From assembly GCA_046725875.1 (NCBI GenBank), contig JBKOZJ010000043.1, positions 2,608 to 66,607 of the forward strand: 64,000 nucleotides of DNA, read 5' to 3'. Position numbers and translations under genes: made by a program. The notes beneath the pieces are model-generated. The model saw nothing but the letters and a program-made list of their open reading frames with translations, ran no database searches and was not told the origin of the DNA. This stretch comes from Actinomycetota bacterium. Lineage in GTDB: Bacteria > Actinomycetota > Actinomycetes > JAKEEW01. How positions within the stretch are numbered: position 1 is the stretch's first letter; the number at the start of each line of letters is the position of its first letter. This document shows, in pieces, positions 52,855 through 63,422 of this stretch.

Positions 52855-53976
52855 CTACCGGAGGGTCTGATGGAGAGCGTGGACGAGGCCTCGCATGTGA
52901 GCATCCACGTCCGACCTGATCCATGCGATGCGACTCCGATCGACCTCGGGGCGCGCTTCGAACTTGCTCACAAGATCGGGTGCATCAAACCTCGACACGA
53001 GCGCCTCGAGGCCCACTCGGCGCATGAAGTTGACATTCTTGTTGGTTGGGATCAGCACGAGCGAAGGTATGCCATACATTGTTGCGACGACTGTTCCGTG
53101 GAACTTCATGCTTGCAAAGGCGGTGCACTCTCCGATAGCCCGAGTGAGCTCACGGAGGTTCTCACTGTGGACAACCTCCTTGCCCTCGAGCATGAGGTCC
53201 TCGGCATTTGCGGCGTCACGCCTTCCCACCTCCCGTGTGCCAAGGATGATATGGCGCACCCGCCACCCATCCGCAGCTACCTTCTCGGCCAGTTCTGCGA
53301 TGCGCGAATAATCGTCAGGGCGAGCAAGGTGTGGCCTGAACCGCGTCGCCACGCCAAGGATTGGAGCGCCAGCAGACTTGCGCGGCTTCGGCAGATTCAG
53401 TCCGCAAACGATATCGGGGGCGACGAGTACATCCTGCGGAGGATCAAGGTGCTCCCGGATCCACTCCGCGGACTGATTGTCCCGTACGCCGATTCGTTTG
53501 ACATTCGGATGATGCAGGAACGCGCGGTGTTGGGCGACCACCTCCGGCCGCGCGGGCTTTGCATCGGGTCCGGTATACTGTGGTACGCCAATACCGACGA
53601 CGAACACCGGCTTCTCTAAGAAGGCATGATTGAAGTAGCGGGGATCCCGATTCCAGGGCTGCAAAATGTCGCCGCCACCAACGAGGATAGCATCAACCCC
53701 AGCGACAATCTCGGCAACTGGGCGCGAATAGTACGGCTTGGTCGTCTTGTCAGCTAAGACATGTAGATCAAACCGGTCACCGAAATACTGTTCGAAAACC
53801 TCCAGGAACAGTTCGTCGCCGAAGTTTCCAGCCCCGAAGAACCCAGCCAGCCCGATCACCAGTTTTCGTCGTGCACGGTCCTTCCTTGGCACGGTGGAAC
53901 CCCCAACCCAGTGCAGCCGCCGGCTGATTTTTGTGGCAAGCCGCCGCGCGACCTTCGATGTGCTCTTGTCTGGCAT
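52855..53976 (-). CDS. Polysaccharide pyruvyltransferase (CsaB/WcaK-like)
   Basis: GFFGAGNFGDE, VGGGD, GVRD..S, APD, SMKFHG. Confidence 0.88.
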   Translation of the reverse strand: MPDKSTSKVARRLATKISRRLHWVGGSTVPRKDRARRKLVIGLAGFFGAGNFGDELFLEVFEQYFGDRFDLHVLADKTTKPYYSRPVAEIVAGVDAILVGGGDILQPWNRDPRYFNHAFLEKPVFVVGIGVPQYTGPDAKPARPEVVAQHRAFLHHPNVKRIGVRDNQSAEWIREHLDPPQDVLVAPDIVCGLNLPKPRKSAGAPILGVATRFRPHLARPDDYSRIAELAEKVAADGWRVRHIILGTREVGRRDAANAEDLMLEGKEVVHSENLRELTRAIGECTAFASMKFHGTVVATMYGIPSLVLIPTNKNVNFMRRVGLEALVSRFDAPDLVSKFEARPEVDRSRIAWIRSDVDAHMRGLVHALHQTLR

Positions 53977-54219
53977 CGACTCCCGCTCCTCGCATCTACT
54001 TGCGCTGGCGGCCCACTCTAGCTCTGATCATTTATGGGCTTGGTCGTCTGCCCGTCCTGGTACCGATAGGGCTTCATGTCCGGATTGTGGCTGCCGGCAT
54101 GCTTAGAGCTCCTGGTGGGCGGTGGGAAGAAGAGGATCACCGGCGCAGCTGAAGGCGTGGTCGACCCCGTGCTAATCACGCGGGTCATCGATGTCGTACC
54201 TTCTGGTACTATCCGCGGC

Positions 54220-55776
54220 GTGAACGAACCAGGTGACTACATTCGCACCTTATGGGGGGTTCGAGTCTTCCAGTGGAACCCCCTACGCACTGCTGATGAC
54301 GTGTACCTGGGAATGCTCGGCAACTTCGGCGATCTCCTTGGACCGCTCGTCGTCGAGCGCATGCTGTGGCGCCGGCTACCACTCCCAAGCCAGTCCATAT
54401 CCCAGCCACCTGGCCCGCGCCTCTTCTCCACCGGCTCGGTTATGCATTTTGCACAGCCCGGTGACGTTATATGGGGCACGGGCGTGAACGGTAAGGTCCT
54501 GCCGTCAACTTCCTCGGACTGGCAAGCGCTCGACATTAGAGCCGTGCGAGGCCCGTGGACTGCCCGCTTGCTCGCGCATGCGGGCCTGCGCGTCCCTTCT
54601 GTCTTCGGGGATCCGGTGCTGCTTCTCGGTCGGTTGCTCCCCGAGTTGGGCCGATGGGCGCGCACGAAGGTCCATGACGTGCTTATCGTTCCGAACTATA
54701 ACGATATGTCTTCATTTCAGGATGCCGATTATGAGATCATGACGCCGACAGCGCCGGTGTCGACCGTGTTACAGGCCGTCGCGCGGAGCCGGTTAGTAAT
54801 CGGGTCATCGCTCCACGCGATCGGTGCTGCGGATGCACTCGGAATCCCTGCGCGGTTCGTCGTCTCTGGGCACGAGGGCCCGTTCAAGTATCGCGACTAC
54901 CTTGCCGGAACAGGCCGCACGACAACGCGACTCGCCGAATCCGTTGACCATGCCCTAAGCCTGGGCCCGCATCGCCCACCCGATATTGACCTCGACGCGC
55001 TTGAGCGAACCTTTCCCTGGGATATGTGGGGCGTCGACTCTGGGGACGAGACGACTACGCCCGCTGAGTTTATTCCAGACGGAATGCAGGGTCTGTGGCT
55101 GGAGCGTATCGCGCACGGCGACGCTAGCGCAGTGATCCGCCATTTCTGGGAGGAGTTGGTCCCACAGATTCGCGAAACGGCCCGAGCGACCTCAGATATC
55201 GAGCCGCTGATTACTCGTGCTGCGGACTATCTCAGCGAGGTCGCGCCCGAGGTCGCTGCCGAGGACCTCGATGATGACCTCCGTCGCCTCCTCAGTGCAA
55301 TCGAGGCCCGTGATGCCACACTCGTACGTCGAGCTGCCGTCCTCGGCAGTTCCCCATCGCTTGCGATGCTCCGCAGTATCCGCTTGGCAGGAAGGTATCT
55401 GATCATTGCGCTTGTCGTACACCACCCGCCCACGTTGTCGACCGCCAGTCTCGTAGAACTGGTGCTAACAGGGCTTTCGACCGGGTGCGTGGTTCGCCAA
55501 CCCCTCCTGGTATCCGAGTCGGAGCGTACGCAATGGCACCTAGACCTCGAGATCCTCATCGATACGGCGCTGCTCGGCGAAGATGATGCATGGACATTGG
55601 CATTGGCTGTGGAGGGTGATATGCCTGTCCAGCTTGATGTCTTGTCAGTGGGGTCCGAGTCGCTCGGCCTGCTCGCCCTCGAACGTGGTGACCTGCCTGC
55701 AGCAGCTCCACCCGCTGTTATCACGAAGGCTGGTACCGATGTACCGTCACAGTCTTCTCGGATCGGTTTTCAATGA
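54220..55776 (+). CDS. Polysaccharide pyruvyltransferase with long C-terminal extension
   Basis: GNFGDLLGP, IWGTG, AVRGP, GDP, SSLHA; GTG 54220 lies 7 nt after TACTAT (possibly leaderless). Confidence 0.82.
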   Translation: MNEPGDYIRTLWGVRVFQWNPLRTADDVYLGMLGNFGDLLGPLVVERMLWRRLPLPSQSISQPPGPRLFSTGSVMHFAQPGDVIWGTGVNGKVLPSTSSDWQALDIRAVRGPWTARLLAHAGLRVPSVFGDPVLLLGRLLPELGRWARTKVHDVLIVPNYNDMSSFQDADYEIMTPTAPVSTVLQAVARSRLVIGSSLHAIGAADALGIPARFVVSGHEGPFKYRDYLAGTGRTTTRLAESVDHALSLGPHRPPDIDLDALERTFPWDMWGVDSGDETTTPAEFIPDGMQGLWLERIAHGDASAVIRHFWEELVPQIRETARATSDIEPLITRAADYLSEVAPEVAAEDLDDDLRRLLSAIEARDATLVRRAAVLGSSPSLAMLRSIRLAGRYLIIALVVHHPPTLSTASLVELVLTGLSTGCVVRQPLLVSESERTQWHLDLEILIDTALLGEDDAWTLALAVEGDMPVQLDVLSVGSESLGLLALERGDLPAAAPPAVITKAGTDVPSQSSRIGFQ

Positions 55777-56861
55777 GGCTCGAAAGACGCCGAACGGTCC
55801 TCGCATTTCCGTTCTGGGCGTCCAACCCGTACCTCAACGTCCTCCATCTTGCCAGCCAAACCGCCGGCTGGCGTGTCCTCGGAGCCAATGATCTCAGGAC
55901 CCTTCTCGGCACCATTGAAAGGGATCTGGCCGAGGATGATGTCGTGCATATCCATTGGACTGCGCCGGTCACTGACGGGACAAAGACTCAAGCTCAAGCC
56001 GAGCGGCGTCTCAGCACCTTCCTGAGCGCGCTGGACCTGATGGCAGATCGGCGAATTCGTTTGCTCTGGACCGTGCACAACGAGATCGCACACGATACCG
56101 CGTTCTATCAAGTTGAGCGGGAAATCGCCGACGCACTTGCCACCAATGCGAGCATCATTATCCAACTACACGAATTCACGGTTGATGCCGTCGCTCATCT
56201 GTATCGTCTGCCGCCAGAAAAGCTCGTTACCCTCCGCCATCCGAGCTATTTGGGTCTTTACCCCGACACGACGGATAGCGAAGCACGTGAGCGGCTCGGT
56301 GTGTCACGAAACGCACCGACAGTCGGCTTCATCGGGCGAGTTCGACCGTACAAGGGTGTGGAGGTTCTTTTCGCGGCCCTTGACCACGCGGCGTCGCAAG
56401 TCGACGGCCTGACGCTGCTTCTCGCCGGCAAGGCACCTCCTAGCGACTTGCCTGCTGTCGAGTCGTCGTTGCCGCGGAATGTCGAGATCGTGAGGCGCAC
56501 CTCGTTCATCCCAGACGATGAGTTGGCGCCCTGGCTTAGGGCATCTAACGTCGTCGCACTGCCCTATCGGCGGGTGCTGAACTCCGGCAGCATGTTATTG
56601 GCGGCTACTTACGATCGGCCGTGCATCATCCCTGACGACTCGCCGCTCGCGAGGGTCTATAGAGGGGAGCCCTGGGTCCAAGTATTCAAGACGCAGGGGG
56701 ATCAGGTCGCTAGTCTTGCAGACGTCATCGTGCGCATGTGTCGTGGCGATAGGCGTGCCGAGGATGCCGCCCACAGATTCGCACGCACCTATACTCCCTT
56801 CGACATGTCGCGCGACTACCTCCGTATCCTCGACGGTCTTGCTCCAATAAGCACCCCCTGA
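55773..56861 (+). CDS. GT4 glycosyltransferase
   Basis: NPYL, HIHW, WTVHN, GRVRPYKG, LPYRRVLNSG. Confidence 0.88.
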   Translation: MRLERRRTVLAFPFWASNPYLNVLHLASQTAGWRVLGANDLRTLLGTIERDLAEDDVVHIHWTAPVTDGTKTQAQAERRLSTFLSALDLMADRRIRLLWTVHNEIAHDTAFYQVEREIADALATNASIIIQLHEFTVDAVAHLYRLPPEKLVTLRHPSYLGLYPDTTDSEARERLGVSRNAPTVGFIGRVRPYKGVEVLFAALDHAASQVDGLTLLLAGKAPPSDLPAVESSLPRNVEIVRRTSFIPDDELAPWLRASNVVALPYRRVLNSGSMLLAATYDRPCIIPDDSPLARVYRGEPWVQVFKTQGDQVASLADVIVRMCRGDRRAEDAAHRFARTYTPFDMSRDYLRILDGLAPISTP

Positions 56862-56887
56862 GGTCTTGGCACGAAGGGATCTACACA

Positions 56888-58849
56888 ATGATCGTCCAGC
56901 CTGAGGTCTCCGTAGTCGTGCCAGTCCACAATGTGGGCCAATGGGTGCGGGAGTGCCTGTCATCGATGCTGGACGATCAGGACGTTGATCTAGAGATCAT
57001 CGTGGTCGATGACAATTCCACCGACGATACACGATCGGTAGTTGCTGCCGTGGCGAAACGTGACGCGCGGCTCCGGCTGGTCCGCTCAGTTGGATCCGGT
57101 GGCGCGCAAGCGCGGAACCTGGGCGTCGAACTGGCGCGCGGTAAGTTTCTCGTCTTCTGTGACGGAGACGACCTCGTTCCGAGAGGCGCATACGCGCGCT
57201 TTCTCACTTCTGCGCGCGCGACTGGTGCCGACATGGTCATCGGGAGCTTTCTGAAGTTCTGGTCAACTCGCACCTGGCGTCCAACACCAAGCTGGCCCGC
57301 CTTCGATGAGAACCGAATTGGTGTCACACTAACTGATGTACCTTCTCTTATCCGAAACCGTGCCTGCTGGAATCGGATGATCCGCCGACAGTTTTGGCTT
57401 GACGAGCGCATTTACTTTCCCACGGTTCCGCGATCCAACGACATCGTTCCGATAACTAAGGCGCTGATAAGCGCCGAGCACATCGACGTCATAACGGACG
57501 ATGTTTACCTTTATCGTGGGCGGCCCGGTGTCGCATCCATGACAGCTCGCGCGGCGGACCTTACCAGCTTCACAAGCTATCTCTCCCAGGAGCTAGTATC
57601 ATCCGTGCTGGTGGGGTCAAAAGACGCCATAGATCTCCGAGCAGAGTACGACAGCCTCTTCCTTTCGGCCGATGGCTGGGTACACCTCCGCGCCTTCCTC
57701 GAGCAGGCTCGGCCTTCTTTAGAGGATGAAGACGAGCTAGAACGAGCCCGCGGTTATTTGGCGGCCGTATTGGAGAGTCTCGCACCCGACTCACTAGCAG
57801 ATCTCCCCCTGTGGCGACGGTGGGTATATGTGCTCGCAGCAGCTGGACGCTGGGCTGCAGCCCAGCGTTTGATTCGAGCAATCAAGCCTGCCTCCGAGCC
57901 TATGCCCGATGCCGTATGGTTCGTGGAAGAAGCAGCCGCTCTCAGTACCTCGCCGATTTTCACTGATGAAATGCTGAGAGAAACGCTCGACCGTAGGTTG
58001 GTCAAACCCTTCGCTAGGCAGACCGCCCCGTTGACTTCAGATCTGCTTGCGCGGCTGGAGTCTCATGCCCACGTCTTCCGTAGAGCGTTTCCAAGCCAGA
58101 TCTTGCAACGGCAGTCAGCGGAAGGTCAGCAACTCGTGCATGCACTTATTGCGGAGGATCACGAGGGGCTCAAAGCCCTGCTCGATGACGGTCTGCTCAT
58201 CGTTCGTGTCGAGTCGATCGCTGTGCGGCGCGGCCGCATCATACTTAAGGGCGCCGCAACTGGCGCGAGACCTGACCAACTACGGCTGTATGCAGCGTCC
58301 GGAGATAGATGCCGCGACTTTCCTGACATCAGATGGAGCGCGGACATGCAGCACATTGACGCAACGATTCAGGTGTCTGACCTCGGGCCGGGGAAGTGGT
58401 TCCTTCGGTTGGCCGCTACCGGTTCAGTCGCAATTGTCGACGCCCCACTCTTCATACCGAGCGCGGCTGTCAGCGGCACTGGACGGAGGTGGGCTCGGGC
58501 AGTCGTTGGCCCGCAGACGCGAGCCAACGACGCCGCGCTAGTCGTGCGCCTCCACCTGCTACATCGTGCCGTGCAGAGGATTAGGTGGTGGGTCGTCGCT
58601 CGTCGGTCCCGCGTCTGGCGTTCAACCGTCTTACGGAGCGTCCGACGCGGGCATCGATCGAGCGAGTGTGACTGCGAGGGAACTGGCCGCCACGGATTGA
58701 CGCATCAAAGTCCTCCAGCATCGCCAGAGCCAAGGCTCTTACAGCGCCCGCAAGACCGGCCCAGTGAATCTACTACCAGTACCGCGCTGACCGAGCCCGG
58801 TGCGCCTCTGTGCGGTATCGACGAGCGGGTCGCCAAGGCCGAGCGCTGA
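56888..58849 (+). CDS. GT2 glycosyltransferase with read-through C-terminal tail
   Basis: VSVVVPVHNV, VDDNSTD, ARNLG, FCDGDD, ACWNR. Confidence 0.85.
   Translation: MIVQPEVSVVVPVHNVGQWVRECLSSMLDDQDVDLEIIVVDDNSTDDTRSVVAAVAKRDARLRLVRSVGSGGAQARNLGVELARGKFLVFCDGDDLVPRGAYARFLTSARATGADMVIGSFLKFWSTRTWRPTPSWPAFDENRIGVTLTDVPSLIRNRACWNRMIRRQFWLDERIYFPTVPRSNDIVPITKALISAEHIDVITDDVYLYRGRPGVASMTARAADLTSFTSYLSQELVSSVLVGSKDAIDLRAEYDSLFLSADGWVHLRAFLEQARPSLEDEDELERARGYLAAVLESLAPDSLADLPLWRRWVYVLAAAGRWAAAQRLIRAIKPASEPMPDAVWFVEEAAALSTSPIFTDEMLRETLDRRLVKPFARQTAPLTSDLLARLESHAHVFRRAFPSQILQRQSAEGQQLVHALIAEDHEGLKALLDDGLLIVRVESIAVRRGRIILKGAATGARPDQLRLYAASGDRCRDFPDIRWSADMQHIDATIQVSDLGPGKWFLRLAATGSVAIVDAPLFIPSAAVSGTGRRWARAVVGPQTRANDAALVVRLHLLHRAVQRIRWWVVARRSRVWRSTVLRSVRRGHRSSECDCEGTGRHGLTHQSPPASPEPRLLQRPQDRPSESTTSTALTEPGAPLCGIDERVAKAER
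58668..58769 (+). pseudogene. Internal GT2 fragment paralogous to 49783..52368
   Basis: VTARELAATD*RIKVLQHRQSQGSYSARKTGPVN vs AVAKELAALDRRIKFLGHSQNLGAYAARNTGLVN, 20/34 identical, in-frame stop. Confidence 0.8.
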
Positions 58850-58923
58850 TCGCCGCCGACCCGCTACCCGAGGACCTTCGGGGCGCACAAAGGCAGATCC
58901 GCACACGCTCCGATACGCGCTAG
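58768..58923 (+). mobile_element. Internally deleted IS1634-family-like transposase remnant
   Basis: IYYQYRADRARCA / LCGIDERVAKAER / IAADPLPEDLRGA...TR*; resembles central and C-terminal motifs of actinobacterial IS1634 transposases as recalled, not searched. Confidence 0.65.
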
Positions 58924-59010
58924 CTTGATAAGACGTTCCGTTTCCCCGAGTCAACCCAAGATTGAGCCGACCGCGACCCGACCCGCGGCACCGCGGGGGG
59001 CGGCATCTTC

Positions 59011-59748
59011 GTGATGCGGGACTGGCGGTTCTGCGCTCAATCGCACCCACGCCCGGTCCTCGCTAGCGTGGCGCTCGTGGAGGACGGATTTCGCGAAGCG
59101 CTTGACCGGCAATTTCGGCAGCTCGAGTCGCTGGTCGACCTTTATAGCCTCCTCAGGCCGCGTGCGCCGATGCCACGGCTCCGTGGCTGGCCGGCATCCC
59201 CCGATATGATCCACACACTCGTCGAAGCTGTCTGGTCTGGCACACCGGAGCTGGTCGTCGAGTGCGGCAGCGGAGCGTCGTCGGTATGGCTCGGGTACGC
59301 GGTCGAGCGAGTAGGCAATGGCCGAGTCGTCGCGCTGGAGCACGATCCGACCTATTGGGAACGGTCACGAGCGCTGATTCGGATGCATGAATTACACCGG
59401 CTCGTCGACATCCGGCGGGCGCCGTTGCGGCGCTGGAGCGGCAACGGCGAGACGTGGCGATGGTATTCGAGGGCCGCTGTCCGCGATCTAACCGGCATTG
59501 GGGTCCTTTTCATCGACGGACCCCCGGGCGACACCGGCCCACTCGCCCGCTATCCCGCGGTTCCCGAGCTGCTTCCGCGCTGTGCCGCTGATGCGGTAAT
59601 TGTGCTCGATGACGCGGACCGTGCTGATGAGCTGGCAATCAGCGACCGCTGGCTCGCTGAGTTCCCTGAGCTTGAGCGAACTGTCGTCGACCACGAGAAG
59701 GGCGCGCACATCTTCACTCGGCCCGGAGGAGCAGGAGGCGCCGACTAG
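59011..59748 (+). CDS. Class I SAM-dependent methyltransferase; start uncertain
   Basis: GWPASPD, VVECGSGASS, ALEHD, LFIDGPP, VLDDADR. Confidence 0.87.
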   Translation: MMRDWRFCAQSHPRPVLASVALVEDGFREALDRQFRQLESLVDLYSLLRPRAPMPRLRGWPASPDMIHTLVEAVWSGTPELVVECGSGASSVWLGYAVERVGNGRVVALEHDPTYWERSRALIRMHELHRLVDIRRAPLRRWSGNGETWRWYSRAAVRDLTGIGVLFIDGPPGDTGPLARYPAVPELLPRCAADAVIVLDDADRADELAISDRWLAEFPELERTVVDHEKGAHIFTRPGGAGGAD

Positions 59749-59895
59749 ATCGTCAATACGGCATTGCCTCCTTGCGTACAATGCGGCTCGTCCTCTCCAG
59801 TAGGGTCGTGCGTCACGCTGCGGGAACCGCGGTGAGATGGCGGCCGGTTCCATCCGTACAGGACATAGGCGACGTGTTGTGAACCCCACGGAATC

Positions 59896-61137
59896 TTGGC
59901 GATGACACGGCCTGCATCCCAAGCCAGCGCTCCAGCGGATGCGCTACCAAGATCGAAGACGTCGCTGCCGTGGCGACGGTGGGCAGGAACCCCCTGGCTG
60001 GACGAGCTTCTTTCTCGGCTTCGGGAATCCCTTCGGTGGGCGTGGCCCGCGCTTGCTGGCTACGCCCTGGTGCGCCTGGCTGGTCTGTCCGTGCTTTGGT
60101 TCAGGGCGCGAGCCGCAGACGTGCCAATAATCTCGCTGTTGACCAAGAAGGATGGGGTCTGGTATCTCGAGATCGCCGATCATGGCTACGACGCGTCACT
60201 TCACCACGCAGCGGATGGAGGGCTCGCGCTCAGTTATGCCTTCCATCCTCTCTATCCGTGGCTGATCAGGCTCGCGAGCCTGACCGGAATGCCGTCGCAG
60301 TACGCCGCCGTCGTCGTCGCACTCGCGGCCGGACTGGTCGCGGCATGGGGGATATTCGCCATTGGCGATCTCGTCGGCGGTCGCCGAGCGGGTGTCATCC
60401 TTGCCGTCGCGTGGGGGTGCCTCCCGCAGGCAGTCGTACAGTCGATGGCCTACTCGGAAACGACCTTCGTGGCTGCAGCTGCGTGGTCGCTATACGCATT
60501 GCTCACAGCCAGGTGGATCATCGCAGGGATGCTCGCTGCCGTCAGCGGGTTGGTCCGGCCCACGGCAGTGGCCCTGGTAGCGAGCGTGGTTCTTGCGTCG
60601 GCCGCAGCGATCATACGCGGCCGGTCCGATGGCTGGATTCGACCATTGATCGCCGCTGGGCTGGCGCCGATCGGGCTTATCGCGTATTGGGGCTGGGTCG
60701 CCCTCGTCGCGGGGCGGGCCGACGGCTGGTTCTACCTGCAGCGTGAAAAATGGCACTCGTTCATGGACGGTGGACGATATACCGTCCACGCCCTGAAACA
60801 CGCCGTGCTGGTTGATCCCAGCCTGGTTCTCAGTGTTGTGACCGCAGTGGTCGTCGCGACTGTGCTCCTGACCCTGGCGATGGTTGTCCGCCGAGGCCCG
60901 ATCCCTTGGCCATTGATTGTCTATGCTGCAGCAACCGTCCTGCTGGTCGTCGTCTCCGCGCAGTACTACCACGCCAAGGCGAGACTCATGATGCCCGCTT
61001 TTCCCGTTCTCCTGCCGTTGGCGTTGATGCTGTGCAGGCTACGGCCGGCTGTTGTGATCGCGGGGTTCACGGTGGCAGCGATAGCCTCGGCTTGGTTCGG
61101 AAGCTATGTTCTGATCGACTGGCCCAGGTCGCCTTAG
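59896..61137 (+). CDS. GT-C mannosyltransferase-like membrane protein (PIG-V/GT76-like)
   Basis: [29 protein letters not shown], ~10 TM segments. Confidence 0.82.
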   Translation: MAMTRPASQASAPADALPRSKTSLPWRRWAGTPWLDELLSRLRESLRWAWPALAGYALVRLAGLSVLWFRARAADVPIISLLTKKDGVWYLEIADHGYDASLHHAADGGLALSYAFHPLYPWLIRLASLTGMPSQYAAVVVALAAGLVAAWGIFAIGDLVGGRRAGVILAVAWGCLPQAVVQSMAYSETTFVAAAAWSLYALLTARWIIAGMLAAVSGLVRPTAVALVASVVLASAAAIIRGRSDGWIRPLIAAGLAPIGLIAYWGWVALVAGRADGWFYLQREKWHSFMDGGRYTVHALKHAVLVDPSLVLSVVTAVVVATVLLTLAMVVRRGPIPWPLIVYAAATVLLVVVSAQYYHAKARLMMPAFPVLLPLALMLCRLRPAVVIAGFTVAAIASAWFGSYVLIDWPRSP

Positions 61138-61288
61138 CCTTAGCATGCGCCTGCCTTACCGACGACGCGAGCTTCGATTTGCCGTCCGGCGAGGGCGAGG
61201 CGCACTCCTTGCCGACCTGGTCGTACGCTCTCGCGCGGACGTCGAATTGTCCGGCAGTGCCGGACCGCCCGAACGGAGGTGGCACCTC

Positions 61289-62278
61289 ATGCCCCGCGCG
61301 CTCATCACCGGGATCACGGGCCAGGATGGCCTCTATCTCGGTGAGCTCCTTGCCGCAAAGGGCTACGAAGTCTTCGGGCTGGTGCGCGGACAGGGGAACC
61401 CGAAGATCGGCACCGTGGAGCGGATCATCCCGTCCATCCAGCTCATCGAGGGTGACCTCCGTGACCTGGCGAGCCTCATCGGTGCGATGGAGATCGCTCA
61501 ACCGGACGAGGTCTACAACCTCGGCGCGATCAGCTTTGTCGGCTTGTCTTGGAAGCAAGCCGAGCTGACAGGTGAGATCACCGGAATGGGCGTCCTTCGC
61601 ATACTCGAAGCGATCCGCATCCACACCCAGAACGACATGGGGAAGGTTCGCTTCTACCAAGCGTCGAGCTCGGAGATGTTCGGAAAGGTACGCGAGACCC
61701 CGCAGTCCGAGACCACGCCCTTCCACCCGCGCTCCCCCTATGGGGTTGCCAAGACCTTCGGTCACTACATGACCGTCAACTACCGCGAGTCCTACGGCGC
61801 GTTCGCGTGTTCGGGGATCCTCTTCAACCACGAGAGTCCCCGCCGGGGCTACGAGTTCGTCACCCGCAAGGTCACCAGCGGGATTCCGCGTATCGTCCTC
61901 GGCCTACAGGAGAAGCTGACCCTGGGAAACTTCGACGCGCGGCGCGACTGGGGCTTCGCCGGCGACTATGTCGAGGCGATGTGGATGATGCTCCAACAAG
62001 ACGAGCCCGACGACTACGTCATAGCGACCGGCGAAACGCACTCCATCCGCGACCTTCTTGATGTGGCCTTCGCCCGGGCGGGGATCACCGACTGGTCGGA
62101 CCTCGTCGTACAAGATCCCCGGTTTTTCCGGCCCGCCGAGGTCGACCTCCTCGTCGGCGATGCCTCCAAGGCGCGAACCCGGCTCGGCTGGAAGCCGCGC
62201 GTCCGCTTCAAGGAGCTGATCGAGATGATGGTGGACGCCGACCTCGAGGCGGAGAAGAGGTCTGTGGAGGCTGGATGA
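61289..62278 (+). CDS. gmd: GDP-mannose 4,6-dehydratase
   Basis: GGAGGT RBS; [40 protein letters not shown]. Confidence 0.97.
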   Translation: MPRALITGITGQDGLYLGELLAAKGYEVFGLVRGQGNPKIGTVERIIPSIQLIEGDLRDLASLIGAMEIAQPDEVYNLGAISFVGLSWKQAELTGEITGMGVLRILEAIRIHTQNDMGKVRFYQASSSEMFGKVRETPQSETTPFHPRSPYGVAKTFGHYMTVNYRESYGAFACSGILFNHESPRRGYEFVTRKVTSGIPRIVLGLQEKLTLGNFDARRDWGFAGDYVEAMWMMLQQDEPDDYVIATGETHSIRDLLDVAFARAGITDWSDLVVQDPRFFRPAEVDLLVGDASKARTRLGWKPRVRFKELIEMMVDADLEAEKRSVEAG

Positions 62279-62318
62279 GCGAGACCGTCCGGGACGTTCC
62301 CGTACACGAGACACGACC

Positions 62319-63422
62319 GTGCGCATAGCGCTGGTGGGTCCGACCTACCCATACAAAGGTGGGATCGCCCAGTACACAACCGAGCTCGCTCACCAGATGT
62401 CAGGGGCTGGGCACGCGGTCGTCATCGAGTCCTGGTCCCACCAGTACCCGCGGCTCCTCTATCCTGGGCAGCTGACCATCACAACTCCCGAGCTGACCCC
62501 GTTCCCGCGCGTCAAGAGAGCGCTGAGCTGGCGGCGGCCCGGCACCTGGTACCGGGTCGGTAGGCGTCTTCGAGGTGCTGATCTCGTCGTGCTCGTTGTC
62601 GGGACGCCCATCCAGATGCCGGCGTATCGCGGAGTCCTCGTCGGCCTTGGGCGCAACCGGCCACCAGTGGTAGCGCAGTGTCACAACGTGGTGCCGCACG
62701 AGCGGCGCCCGGTCGACCGCTTCCTGATGCGCAGCGTGCTGATGGGGGTCGACGGCGTCCTGGTGCACTCCGATGCCGAGCAGGCGCAGGCGCGAGAGCT
62801 GACCAACAGGCCGGTGGTCACGCAGCCGATGGCGCCGATACTCGTTGCACGTCGAGGCGTCGATCGGATGCCGGGCGAGGGGACGGTCCATCGCCGCCTG
62901 CTTTTCTTCGGGATGGTGCGGCCATATAAGGGCCTGGACATCCTCCTGCGGGCGCTGGCGCGCTGCCCCGAGCGCATCGACCTACTGGTGTCGGGCGAAT
63001 TCTGGGGAGGTGCGGAGCCCACCACCCGTCAGCTGGTCACGAACCTCGGCCTCACTGACCGCGTCGAACTGCGGCCAGGCTACGTGGATGCCGCCGAGGT
63101 TCCCGGCCTATTCGCAGACGTGGACGCCCTCGTGTTGCCATACCGCGCCGGCACGGCGTCGTTCAACGCATACCTCGCGTTCGAGCATGGCTGCCCGGTC
63201 ATTGCGACTCGGGTGGGGACGGCCGAGGCCGATATCCGCGACGGCGTCGATGGGCTTCTCTGCGAGCCCGGCGACGCCAACTCGCTGGCCGAGGCGTTGT
63301 GCGCGTTCTACCGCAACGGAATGGCTGACAAGCTGCGCGCCGGCGTGCCGACGGTCGACCCGACGCCGAAATGGCAGGCCTACGTCGCTGCGCTGTTCTC
63401 CGCTGCCAGACTCGAAGCCTGA
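62319..63422 (+). CDS. GT4 glycosyltransferase
   Basis: GGIAQY, HNVVPHE, FFGMVRPYKG, LPYR. Confidence 0.9.
   Translation: MRIALVGPTYPYKGGIAQYTTELAHQMSGAGHAVVIESWSHQYPRLLYPGQLTITTPELTPFPRVKRALSWRRPGTWYRVGRRLRGADLVVLVVGTPIQMPAYRGVLVGLGRNRPPVVAQCHNVVPHERRPVDRFLMRSVLMGVDGVLVHSDAEQAQARELTNRPVVTQPMAPILVARRGVDRMPGEGTVHRRLLFFGMVRPYKGLDILLRALARCPERIDLLVSGEFWGGAEPTTRQLVTNLGLTDRVELRPGYVDAAEVPGLFADVDALVLPYRAGTASFNAYLAFEHGCPVIATRVGTAEADIRDGVDGLLCEPGDANSLAEALCAFYRNGMADKLRAGVPTVDPTPKWQAYVAALFSAARLEA

Noticed and set aside
54252-54259. ATG followed by a G6 run that would be in frame with one G fewer (phase variation?)
   Set aside because: Run is short and an in-frame GTG at 54220 with a -10 box explains the gene without slippage
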